A stretch of DNA of 64,000 nt, taken from positions 40,688,646-40,752,645 of the forward strand of contig NC_068985.1 of the NCBI RefSeq assembly GCF_001194135.2. The letters are read 5' to 3'. This DNA is from Octopus bimaculoides (lineage: Eukaryota). The translations under genes and the position numbers were made by a program. The notes beneath the pieces were generated by a model. The model did not search any database. It saw only the letters and a list, made by a program, of their open reading frames with translations, and was not told the DNA's origin. Positions 1 through 11,320 of the stretch are shown here, one piece after another; position 1 is the stretch's first letter; each line of letters starts with the position of its first letter.

Positions 1-277
1 GTTTCTCTTGTTTCAAGTCAGAGTTATAATTTCCATATATGATTAGTCTTTGATTAAAACTTATTTAAAAGCAATATTAAATTGGTGCTCTTTTATTTGA
101 CACTACACAGGGCAGTATCAGATAGTAGTTGTAGATTAAATTTTTGCAGTTCACAAATTAAGAAAAAAGAAGCTAAACTACTTGTTGTCACACACCAAGT
201 GGTGCAAAAGGTAGGGTCAAAAGTTGTATAATGGACAACAATTGGAGGAGGAGGAGGAAAAATTCAACCAAGTTTAA

Positions 278-416
278 TCCTTTGACATTTAGATTATTCT
301 AATAAATGTAATGCTTATTTGTTCACATAGCTATAAATTAATCACGCATTGTCATAACTTCAAGATTTCAATGATGTGATAGTTTATTTTTAGAATGGCT
401 GGTTTGAATGCTAGAG
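278..416 (-). mobile_element. piggyBac-type MITE, internally deleted copy
   Basis: TTAA at 274-277 and 417-420. The body matches the reverse complement of the 29628-29848 MITE (aaatgtaatgcttattt.ttcaca). Confidence 0.55.
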
Positions 417-620
417 TTAATTTAGCAAAGGAATGTTGAGTCAAGGGTAAAAGAAGGTGAATCACATAGACAAGAGAATTAAATATGGTCAATTTCTTAA
501 GACCCTCTCCAATGTTCCCCAACACGAGATGAAAAATACATTAGGGCTGAGTGTGAGTGTATGTAAACACATTCCAAAACAGTAATATCAAAATTGGAAA
601 CATGGCCTTTTCTATCCTCT

Positions 621-862
621 TACATTATTTACATTTGACAGATATTTGTCCTCATCTTCTTTGTTGTTAACACAACATTTCAGCTGATATACCCTCCAGC
701 CTTCATCAGGTTCGAACCCAAGTTTGAAATTTCCCCAAGACACCTGATGAAGGCTGGAGGGTATATCAGCTGAAACGTGTTAACAACAAACAAGAAGAGG
801 ACAAATATCTGTCAAATGTAAATAATGTACATAATTCCTCATTTCTTAAATATAGAACTGTA
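621..862 (+). mobile_element. Penelope-like element end fragment with inverted 5' copy and hammerhead relics
   Basis: 13-bp TSD ttttctatcctct (608-620 and 863-875). Inverted arms of about 90 bp (621-711 and 742-829). CTGATGA...GAAAC core in both arms. Confidence 0.75.
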
Positions 863-1339
863 TTTTCTATCCTCTGTCCTGAACCACCTAGTTGTAGAGC
901 ATAATTATGAGTGTTTTATAACTATAGGCAAAAGGCCATCACTTCCCAAGTGTGTCTACTTTAACATAACAAACTCATAGCTTTAGGTAACCTAACCATT
1001 TATTTACTTAGTTTGTCTGTTTGGTGTCCAACCTAGTCTTTCATATGTATCACATGTTTGTAACAGTGGTTTTCTCTCTTGAACTTGAACACAATAGTTG
1101 AGTCCTCTAATGCTCTTTTTTTTCTCTCAGATCACACGTTTTCAACTGTTTGTAAACACTGGAATGATATATCTAATGAAGCATGTTTGCTTCAATTTTA
1201 TTCAGCTTTTGCATATTCTCTATAGTTAACACATCTGGCCCACAAACATCATATAATCAGTCATTTGCCCAGAGAGAAAATCTCAGTTGCCAGCAGAAAT
1301 AGTTTTGTAAAATTTTTTCGCCTTGTCTCCACAAGCTTA

Positions 1340-1458
1340 TTTACATTATTTACAAATATCCATCTGCGACGAATATATCATGGACAAATACTCATCAAAT
1401 GTAAATAATGTAATTAATGTACATAATTCCTCATCTCTTAAATACAGAACTGTATTAT
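1340..1458 (+). mobile_element. Short fragment of the same Penelope-like family
   Basis: 9-bp TSD acaagctta (1331-1339 and 1459-1467). Same 3' end (aaatgtaaataatgta...cataattcctcat.tcttaaata.agaactgta) and a short inverted 5' copy (tttacattatttac). Confidence 0.7.
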
Positions 1459-2286
1459 ACAAGCTTACCCTTACACACAGAGTTTTAGATTTTCCTCATC
1501 CGCAGTTTTCATCTAATTTTTATTGTGGCTGGGATATACGAGTTGCTATTAACTGAATTAATAGTGTTGGAAGACTGACCAAAGATCCAAATATTTTATA
1601 GTTCACATCCTATCCTACAAAGCTAATAGAAAAGTGTCACTCACTTGCATTAATCGACAGCAGTAATAAAACAAAATTCTTATCACTGAGTTAGTCAGCA
1701 TTATTTTTAAATGCTCATTGTATGCTGACAATGGTGATAGGATAGGGTGAAACTCTGAGATAAGAATTACTGGAACTTCCTAAATAAGAGGAAACATTTC
1801 CAAGTTTAGACTGATACAAGAGTTAACAATGGTGACAGAGAAAATTCTTTTTTTCATTTTTTTCTCTTTCTCTAAAGGTTACTACTTAATGTCACTCAAA
1901 CTAGGCCAGTGACAGTTTCTAAAGCCATGAGATGATAAAATATATCCAGTCCATGGTCTAAAAGTGGTGATAGAAAGGCATCCAGCCACAAAATACCTGC
2001 TGAAAACAGAACAAACAGAGTATGACGTAAATTTTGCAGGAAGCAATGAGGGCAAAAGTAGAGTGGGTTCTTTATGCCTACTGCTGACCTCTCTAGGGCT
2101 GGTAGCAAGATGAGCAGCACCCACTCCACACTGTAAAGAAACTGATTATTGTAAGGTTGTGATACCCACACCTAACAAAATAAAGCTTGACATGTCTGCT
2201 TTTTTTTCTAGCAGATGATGAAGAAACATGAGAACTGAAGAGGAAAAAAAATAAATAGATGTAAAAATCAGAAGAATGAGCAAGAA

Positions 2287-2673
2287 CAGGTGTGGCTGTA
2301 TGGTAAGAAGCTTGCTTTCCAACCACATGGTTCTGGGTTCAAGTCCCACTATATGGCACCTTGGGCAAGTATCTTTTACTATAGCCATGGGCTGACCAAA
2401 GCCTTGCGAGTGGATTTGGTAGACGGAAACTGAAAGAAGCCTGTCGTGTATGTATATATTTATGTGTGTGGCTTTATGTCTATGTTTGTCCCCCCACCAT
2501 CGCTTACATCCCTGTAATTTAGTGGTTCGGCAAAAGAGACCGATAGAATAAGTACTAAGCTTACAAAGAATAAGTCCTGGGGTTGAATTCTTCAATTATA
2601 AAATCCCTTTAAGGTGGTGCTCCAGCATGGCCACAGTCAAATGACTGAAACAAGTAAAAGAATAAAAGAATAA
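2287..2673 (+). mobile_element. tRNA-derived SINE with CORE-like body, (GAATAAAA)n tail (family A)
   Basis: Head ggtgtggctgtatggtaagaag...ggttcaagtccc (A/B-box-like), then ggcaccttgggcaagt, and the tail ctccagcatggccacagtcaaatgactgaaacaagtaaaagaataaaag. Multiple homologues in the window. Confidence 0.8.
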
Positions 2674-2824
2674 CACTTTACAACTGGTCAGCAAATTATT
2701 AGTTTTGCATTGCTGAATTCAAATTCTACAAGTGCTACAAAAAGAGATTATGGATTCACCAGACTGCTTAGCTGTTAATACAAAGATTTTTAAAAAAAGA
2801 GAAGAGACTGTAAAGATTACTTAC

Positions 2825-2901
2825 TGTCAGTGAGGGCTATACAGTGGTAAGCTCCACAGGTTATTTGTATCACAGTGTGCAAGGCTAGTTCTTTCACTAA
2901 T
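2825..2901 (-). CDS. HERC4: HERC4-like, third coding exon (77 nt, RCC1 repeat), absent from the ORF track
   Basis: Acceptor tatttcag|A completes AAA (Lys). Reads LVKELALHTVIQITCGAYHCIALTD, with the RCC1 motif I.CG..H..AL. Donor A|GTAAGT (phase 1). In frame with the previous exon. Confidence 0.88.
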
Positions 2902-3127
2902 CTGAAATATTAGAACAGACACCATTTCATTTCTCAGTTTCAATGTTTTTGCACTTTTAATTTACAGACACCACCTTTCATTGAAATCTGACACAGAATA
3001 GATACAAACAGATGTGGCGAATGGTGTGTATGAAGGATGTTGGAAATTATTGTGAGTCAAAGCCATTGAAAGCAGATATTTCGAAACCTGCTATCTCTTT
3101 TCTATGTGTATGTATAAATGTGTGTTT

Positions 3128-3252
3128 ATCACCATCACAATTTAACATTCCTTTTTCGTGATAGCAGACGTTGGATGGTTAAACAGGAACTCGGAGCCAG
3201 AGTACTGTGCTGAATCCCAATGTCTGCTTTGGCATGGTTTCTACAGCTTGAT
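3128..3252 (-). mobile_element. RTE LINE 3' tail, degenerate
   Basis: Reverse complement of the shared RTE tail (gctgtagaaaccatgccaaa...ccatccaac...). Confidence 0.55.
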
Positions 3253-3255
3253 ACA

Positions 3256-4116
3256 GCTCGAGAGTGAAAGGCACACTATATGATGCCTATGTGCGAACAA
3301 CCATGCTACATAGCAGTGAAACATGGGCTGTGACTGCTGAGGACATGCATAGACTTGTAAGAAATGAAGCTAGTAATGTCAGTGTGCATGCACAACAGTG
3401 TGAACATCCTGAGAGGAAAGTTGGGCATAAGAAGCATCAGATGAGGTGTGCAAGAGAGATGACTGCGCCGATATGGTCATGTGATGCATATGGATGATGA
3501 TAGCTGTGTGAAGTGTTGCACTCTAACGGTGGAGGATACCTGTAGAAGAGGTAGACCCAGGAAGGCATGGGACGAGGTGGTGAAGCATGATCTTCGAATG
3601 TTGGGCCTCATGGAGGCAATGACAACTGACTGAAACCTTTGGCAATATGCCGTGCTTGAGAAGACCCGTCAAGCCAAGTGAGATTGTAGTTGTGGCCAAT
3701 GCCAGTGTCACGTAACTGGCCTGTTAAAAGTAACCTTCAATTGTTGGGCAATATTATGTGCTTGTGAAGACCTGTTGAGCCGAGTGAAATCATAGTCGTG
3801 GTTGATGTCAGTACTATGCGACTGGCACATAAAAGGCACTGTTTGAGTGTTGGGCCTCATGGAGGCAGTGACAAGTGACTGAGACCTTTGGCGATATACC
3901 GTGCTTGTGTAGACCTCTCAAACCAAGTGAGACTGTAGTCATGGCTGATGCTGATGTTAGATCAATGGAGTGGCTGGCATTAGGAAAGGCATCCAGCTGT
4001 AGAAACCTTGCTAAATCAGATAGGGAACCTGGTGCAGCTCTCCAGCTTACCAGTTTTCAGCCAAACCATCCAACCCATGCTAGCATAGAAAATGGATGTT
4101 AAATGATGATGATGAT
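3256..4116 (+). mobile_element. 5'-truncated RTE LINE (RT C-terminus and 3' UTR)
   Basis: ORF remnant VKGTLYDAYVRTTMLHSSETWAVTAEDMHRL.RNEAS, homologous to 54449-54850. Ends with the RTE tail and (GAT)n. Confidence 0.85.
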
Positions 4117-5052
4117 ACCCTTCTTAATGTTAACTACTTTAAAGAGTGTACCAGGTGCTTTTATCACAGCATATATGTATATTATATATGTATATTATAT
4201 ATGTATATACATCAAATGGATGTCTTATAAAACACACATACAATAACAGCCATACCAACAATCCAACACACCTCCATCATCAGCTGCCCCACGAATATAT
4301 CACTATGGTTTTGACACCTGAGCAGTACCATTCAATCTGGCAGTGTCAACAGCACTAAAATAAGTTTTGTTTGGGAACAAACATACCTTAGATATCACCA
4401 AATTCATTCAATCTTAATTCTAGGAAGGATTAAACACTAACATTATTAATTAAACTACAATAAAGAAACCATATATAAATATGCCTTATTGTATTTGTTC
4501 CAGCTGTGTTCTGAGTTCAAATCTCATGAAGGTCACTTTACTTTTCAATCAAGGAGGAGGGGGGGGGGTAATAAAATAGAACTAGGTTAGTTGGTGGAAA
4601 CTGTAAGAACATTGGTCAGGATGCCCAGTGGAATTTGTTCTGTCTCTTTATGTTCTGAGTTCATATTCAAAGTTCACTCTGTTGCAAGCATTTGGGCCAG
4701 GTCTTCAGTTTAAGGATACCTTCCTCACACCCTCTAACCAGTCTTAGAGGCCCTCTAAAGTGTCATGTGCATTACCTTCCCTCTTGACTAAAAGACGTGA
4801 TGTGTACGTTGCATGCTTGCACATGCAGATGCTCCAGGATAGACTTACATTCAACCCATGTGATTACTTGTTACAGATGCATTCTACCTTTGAGACAGCC
4901 TTATAAGATATAGTTCTTTATACAAGATGTGGAATAAGTTACTGTACTTTAAAATGTGTACTGCTAATGTAATTCTGAAGGAGAATCAGTGTGATGGTCC
5001 TCAGAATTATAGATATAGTCCATCCAACAGGCTTTCAAACAATTTCAAAATG

Positions 5053-5549
5053 AAGTGATAGTATGTTGTCAACTTAATGTGACAGTCCCATGAAAGGGAA
5101 GAATACTACTGTTATTTATCCCTAGGAAACACCATTTCCTGTGTCCTTATATTTTTAAAGTAGAGATAAGCACCTCTACTCAGCAAAGCCAGCATCCAGA
5201 GACTAGTTTCCGAGTCATTGCTCATGCTCTCAGAGATTTAGAAATGTATTATTTCTATTTTAAAAAATCAGTGAATGTATTTCACTTGAAATATATATGT
5301 TTTCAAAGGCGGATAGGCATCGACAGCTAGCAGGCCATGCTACTCCAGACTGATGATGAGCAATGATTTTGAAACTAGTCTCTGGATGTTGGCTTTGCTG
5401 GGTGGAGATGCTTAACTCGATTTTGAAAACATAAAGACACAGGAAATGTGTTAAGTCCAACAGGAAACGGTGTTTCCTAGGGCTAAATAACAGTAGCATT
5501 CTTCCCTTCCATGGGACTGTCACATTAAGTTGACAACATACTATCACTT
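5053..5549. mobile_element. Fold-back element (MITE-like) with long inverted arms
   Basis: Arms 5053-5225 and 5356-5549 are near-complementary (aagtgatagtatgttgtcaacttaatgtgacagtcccatg / catgggactgtcacattaagttgacaacatactatcactt), with a 130-bp spacer. Confidence 0.75.
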
Positions 5550-5809
5550 TATCAAGAGATACAACAGGGCAGGATGGATAAAATTATTAGTGTGTTAGAC
5601 AAAAAATGCCTTGCAGTATTTATCCCAACTCTTTATATCTATGTTCAAATTTCACTGTGGTTAACTTTACCTTTCAAACCTTCTAGAGATCAATAAAAGC
5701 ACTAGTCAATTTAGTGCAAAACTCCACCTTCCAAATTTATGACCTTGTGACTGATAGGCATTATTATAAAGCGAAACAATGACTGTGAGGTTAAGGTGTA
5801 GACTATTGA

Positions 5810-6158
5810 CCACATCATCATCATCATCATCATCATCATTTTAACTACTACTTTTCCATGTTTGTATGGGACAGATGGAGTTTATTGAGGCAGTTTTTCT
5901 ATGGTTAGATACCATCCTTGTCAATTCTTACCCATTTCCAAGTGAGGTAATAATTCTCTATGGCCAGACTTGTTTTCACAGAATACTGGAAATGAATGAC
6001 ATTCATTTACAACAATCACACAATGTGAAGACAAGGAGACACAAACAAACACAATGGGCTATATTGGAGAACACTTGCCAGAGTGCCATGTAATGGGACT
6101 GTCCCTGAAACCATGGGGTTGGGAAGCAAACTTCTCAACCACATAGCTATGCCTGCAT
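5810..6158 (-). mobile_element. SINE with family-A head and RTE-like (GAT)n tail
   Basis: The head matches 2287; the tail ends in catcatcat on the plus strand. Homologues at 16455-16817 and 36833-37221. Confidence 0.7.
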
Positions 6159-6407
6159 CTGTAACCACATGGCTTTAAATCCAAATTTCACTGTAAAAGG
6201 CTTACTCCACCTTACCTGGCTAATGTAGTATGTCTCAATTATGAACTGGCAAACAATTCTATTTTCATACACCAACAATTGTACAAATTTTCTTAGGGAT
6301 TCATTCAGTAAGGTCCAAGACATATCTGAAGTTTGCTCCTTGACTAATTTTGATTTTTCTTCAAATATTTCTTCCTAGTTAGCTTTATGAAAATACCCTT
6401 CATATTA

Positions 6408-7839
6408 TCAGGTCATCCCATAAGTTCTGTCCGATTTTACCTTTTTTAAAATTGAATGAAATTTAATACTAGTTTAGAATGTCTAATGGAATTAAAAATT
6501 ATTTTTATGCATTTGTGTACATTTAAACTAATTAAATATTATTTTACAGAATAATAGAATTGAAATTTCTTTGATTAAAATCCTTTCTAACATGGGAGTA
6601 TCCAAAGAGCATTTGAGGCACATAATGCTTTATGAGTACTAAAAAGGAAACTCTGCAGCCGAAGCGACTCAAAACATACACTCAGTTTATGGGAAAGAAT
6701 GCTTGAATGAAAGAACTTGCAAAAGATGGTTTGCAAAATTCAAAAGTGGAGATTTCAGCCTTGAAGATGAAGNNNNNNNNNNNNNNNNNNNNNNNNNNNN
6801 NNNNNNNNNNNNNNNNNNNNNNNNNNNNNNNNNNNNNNNNNNNNNNNNNNNNNNNNNNNNNNNNNNNNNNNNNNNNNNNNNNNNNNNNNNNNNNNNNNNN
6901 NNNNNNNNNNNNNNNNNNNNNNNNNNNNNNNNNNNNNNNNNNNNNNNNNNNNNNNNNNNNNNNNNNNNNNNNNNNNNNTCCTGCATTATCAGTTGAAGAA
7001 TTGGCAATAAAGCTTAGTTCAAACCATACAACTGTTCATCGTCATCTTCAATGACTTGGAAAGGTTCCTAAACTTGGAAAATGGGTGCCTCATGAATTGT
7101 CTGAAAGCAACAGCAAATCCAGAGTTGATATCTGCTCTTCTTTCCATTCTTGTGAACTCATTTCACCCTTTTTGGATAGACATGTGACTGGTGACGAAAA
7201 ATGGATCTTCTATCGAAATGTTAAATGTCGTAAACACTGGTTTGGTAAAAGGGAAAAAGCTCAACCACAACCGAGAAGGGAACTTCACGGGAAAAAGGTT
7301 CTTCTCTCTATCTGGTGGGATTGCAAAGGAGTAATTCACTTTGAATTGTTACCACCTAATGCAACAATCAATGCTCAAGTCTACTGTCAGCAATTAGAGC
7401 ATTTGAACCAAGCTTTGAAGAAAAAAGACCCGCTTTAGTGAATCATGAAGGAGTGATGTTTCATCAGGACAATGCGTGACCCCACACTGCAAAGATCACA
7501 TCACAGAAGATCGAAGAGCTTGGTTGGGAAAAAATTCCTCGTCCACCTTATTCTCCCAACCTTGCTCCTTCAGACTACCATTTGTTTCGTAGTTTACAGA
7601 ATCATTTATGGGACATAACTTTCACAAGCCAGGAGGAGGTCGAAATTGACATTTCAGAGTTCTTCGCTTTGAAACCAAAAGAGTTTTACATTGATGGAAT
7701 TAAAAAACTTGTAAAAAGATGGAAGGAAGTCATAGATAATCAGGGAAAGTACATTGATGATTAAATTTCAATTAAATATAACATTTGATCACTTGTTTTC
7801 TTTACTCAAAATTCAGACAGAACTTATGGGATGACCTGA
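6408..7839 (+). mobile_element. mariner (DD34D) transposon, near full length, inactivated
   Basis: Perfect 24-bp TIR tcaggtcatcccataagttctgtc at both ends, flanked by TA. Confidence 0.93.
6592..7764 (+). pseudogene. mariner transposase pseudogene
   Basis: MGVSKEHLRHIMLYE..., WVPHEL, TGDEKW, HQDNA, YSPNLAPSDYHLF and a C-terminal GKYIDD*. Contains in-frame stops, a frameshift near 7435, and an N gap at 6773-6978. Confidence 0.92.
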
Positions 7840-7930
7840 TAACTATTATTTTCATATGCTATCTCACAATTATAGAATTTATAGACAATTCTATTTTCCA
7901 ATAAATTTCAATCTTGTACATTTGTTTAGT

Positions 7931-8593
7931 GATAGCCCGTTGCCTATGCCAGTGGGTGTAACCAGCCCACTTATGAATACCCCTCATTCATTGGACAATA
8001 AACTTTGCTTGCGAAGACCTATTGAGGCAAGTGAAATCAAATCAAAATTACTGACATGGCCGATGACAGTACCGCCTGATTGGCACTCGTGCCAGTGGAA
8101 CGTTAAAAGCACATCTGAGCGTGATTGTTGCTAGGGCCAAATATTGGCTCTCGTGCCAGTGGCACATAAAAAGCACCATTCAAGTGTGATCGTTGCCAGC
8201 GTCGCCTAACCAGCAAATGTGCCGGTGGCACTTGTAAAACAACATTCGAGTGTGGTCGTTGCCAGTACCGCTGGACTGGCTCCCATGCAGGTAGCACGTA
8301 AAAAACACCATTTGAGCCTGGTCGTTGCCAGAACCGCCTGACCGGCCCTCGTACTGNNNNNNNNNNCTGGTCGTTGCCAGAACCGCCTGACTGGCCCTCG
8401 TACTGGTGACACGTAAAAGCACCAACTACACTCTCAGAGTGGTTGGTGTTAGGAAGGGCATCTGGCTGTAGAAACTTTGCCAGGTCAGATTGAGCCTAGG
8501 TGCAGCCTTCTGGCTCACAAGTCCTCAGTCAAACCGTCCAACCCATGCCAGCATGGAAAGCAGACGCTAAACGATGACGATGATGATGATGAT
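7931..8593 (+). mobile_element. RTE LINE 3' UTR with internal ~65-bp tandem repeats
   Basis: The start matches the post-ORF sequence at 54851. About 5 units of gtggtcgttgccag...gtggcac.taaaaagcacc are followed by the tail and (GAT)n. Confidence 0.85.
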
Positions 8594-9034
8594 CCTTTCA
8601 TCACAACTTCAGCAAGTACAATGAAAGCTGTTTTACTGATGAAGTCATAAAACCAAAAACATGACTAAAGTTGTCTTCCCATTCTTTTAGGAAAAATTAG
8701 AAAAACAATTTCAAGTTATTTTTCTCACCACACATTACTAGTTATGTTTTTAAAGTTGCATAGATTAGGATATATTAACACTGTTATAAAACAGGCATCA
8801 CTAGTTTGTCATGATTAAGTGGCTAGCTGCAAGAATAACACTGACTTGTAAAACAAATTGCATCGGCTATTGGAGAAAACATCACATCACAGCCAGACAA
8901 GAAAAGAGAAATGGATGCAAAGCAGTAAAATGAAAAGAAAAGAAAATCCTATGATTTTGTTTCATGAAAATAAACAAATTTATCACATGAACCACACCCA
9001 GTTTACTGTGGTGATAATAACTAATTAGTGTTAG

Positions 9035-9245
9035 TAATAATGGTTTTACATTTTGGCACAGAGCCAGCAATTTTTAGTGATTTGGGTAAGTCAATGACAT
9101 TGACCCCAGTGCTCATCAATTGGTATTTATTTTATCAAGTCTGGAAGGATGAAAGGCAAAGTCAAACTTTGGTGGAATTTGAACTCAGAATGTAAAACCA
9201 AAAGAAATGTTGCTAAGCATTTTGTTTGCCATGGTACTGATTGTA
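9035..9245 (-). mobile_element. Meta-domain SINE (family B)
   Basis: Reverse complement of gagttcaaattcc...gactttgcctttcatcctt, as at 57622 and 58046. Confidence 0.7.
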
Positions 9246-10224
9246 CAAGTTCCTGCTTTTGCTAGTAATTAGTTGCCAGTAGTAGTAGTAGTTATAAGAA
9301 ACACCAGTAGCAGTTGCTGTAATGACAGTGATCATGTAAAAATAGTAGTAATATGAAATATTTAGAGCTGGTAGGAGTAGTAGCAGTAATAGTGGTATTA
9401 AGAAGTGATAACTGCAGTAGTAAAAGTAGCAGTGGTAGCCCACTGCTCTGCATGATCTGAGCACAACATCCAAACTATTCTAATTACTTCTTAGAGAAAC
9501 AGATTGAAGAATGTAAGTAAAACTCTACATATTTGACTCAACAGAAGCAAACAGCCAGGAAGTGGTTTCAGACTTCACACTGCATGTGTGTCACAACACA
9601 GATAACAGCCTACAGGCAAGTGGTTATATGGCTATATATAGAATAGAGGTGGTAACAGTGAATAAGAAATATTTTGATATGCAGTAAATTTCAATTTGCA
9701 AGTGATTGCATTTAAATTTAATGCATATGATTAAGTGGACGACCAATGATGGAGGGTAGCAGACAAATGAACGAACCAACCAGCTGAGAGATTAATGGGT
9801 TCAAATTTTGTCACTAACCTCATACTTTACCCTTGGCATAGACACTTAAATCTCAAAATCCTCAGGTCACTTGGCTCTGAATAGGGTATAAGAAGTATTT
9901 GCCACAGTAAACAGCTGCAGTGGTTTGTTAGCTTGTAAGGTTGAGTTCAACTATTCAGGCCAACAACAGCCTCTAAATAGTCACACAACCTGCTAGAAAC
10001 AGCAGCTAAAATCTTAAAATCAGATGCTAATTTTAAAAATGGAAAGGTTACAGTGAAATAATACAGTTCAATATGCCCTTACAAAGACATTCATGACTGG
10101 AGTGTCAATGATCAGAGACCTGCTTGTATTTAAGTAAAACTAAGCTTCCACACTTAACATTTGTTGACCTGAAGATTGCTGTCAACAGGAAGCCTTGTTC
10201 TGTGACCTGGTGGTTTCTGACAAA

Positions 10225-11320
10225 GCTAGCGGGTAGATGAATGGCTTGTGAGAACTATACAAGTCATATACAGAGATGCTGTCAGCAAGGTTACAGTTAG
10301 CAATGAGTACAGCGATGAGTTTAATGTGCACATAAGAGTTCATCAAAGCTTGGCTCTCAGTTTCCTATTCATCATAGTCTTCCTAGTCATAATAGACAAG
10401 TTTAAGATTAGTTGCTTGTGGGAACTGATATATGCTGAATTCTGTAGGAGAATTAGAAAAGAAACTTCCTGTATGGAAGCAAAGGATCTCAAAAATCAAT
10501 CTAGTGAAGACATAAGTCCTAGTAAGTAGGAAAACAGACAAATCCTTGTTTCCATAAGAGAAATGGTCTTGCTCAATATGTACAAAAGTGTAGGCTGAAA
10601 TTCTATACATTGTGCCCATGCAAACTGTGGGCACATAAGAGATGCAGTGGTATCAAAGGCAGGTTAAAAGTGAAAATAGACTTTGTATGTGGCAGGTGCT
10701 CAGGAGCAATAAGTACTACAAGCATATGGAAAAGAGTTTTTGACAAATGCACAAGTGGATTTTTTTGTGGTAGTAGATACTTTCTGTTCCATTAGTGGCC
10801 TAATTAGTAATGAAGGTGGAGGTCTCAAAAGTATAGTTGCTACAATATGAACAGACTGGAGAAAGCTTGGAGAGATTTTACTTCTGCTAGTAGCAAAAGG
10901 ATTTTCTCTCTCAAAATGAAAAGGCAGCTTGTATGACACTTGCTTACTAACTGCAATGCTACATGGTAGTGAGACATGGGCCCTGAATGCAGAGGACTTG
11001 TGAAGATTAGGAAGAAACGAAACTAGCATGTTTCACTGGATGTACAACACAAGTGTGCATAAACAATGAATTACAAATGGGCATAAGAGGAATCAAGATA
11101 TAGTCTGCAAGAAAGTAGACTGCACAGGTATGGACATGTAATGCATATGGATGAGAATAGCCGTATAAAGACGTTCTCATCTTTTAAGAGAGAGACTCAA
11201 GAAGTTACGAGATAAAGTAGTAAAAGCTGATCTCAGGACTTTGAACCTCATGAAGATGAAAACGGACTAGGATGACCGGAGATATATGGTGCTTAAGAAG
11301 ACCCACCCATCATGCAAACA
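10225..11320 (+). mobile_element. Old degenerate RTE LINE fragment
   Basis: YRDAVSKV.V.NEYS.EF.V, CKLWAHKRCSGIKGRL and AMLHGSETWAL remnants, homologous to 53800-54850. Confidence 0.8.

Noticed and set aside
1882-2131. Acceptor-like ttctttacag followed by CGVGAAHL, vaguely RCC1-like, as the next HERC4 exon
   Set aside because: The expected (S/C)WG.N..GQLG motif is missing and there is no fitting donor. The next exon probably lies left of position 1.
2287-2360. tRNA-like A/B boxes at SINE heads
   Set aside because: They do not fold into a cloverleaf and continue into SINE bodies; not tRNA genes.
8318-8405. Exact-looking 39-bp duplication across the 10-N gap
   Set aside because: It could equally be an unmerged contig overlap, so it is not counted as a separate biological duplication.
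8075-8425. Regularly spaced repeats suggesting a CRISPR array
   Set aside because: The units are contiguous degenerate tandem repeats without unique spacers, lie in a LINE 3' UTR, and the genome is eukaryotic.
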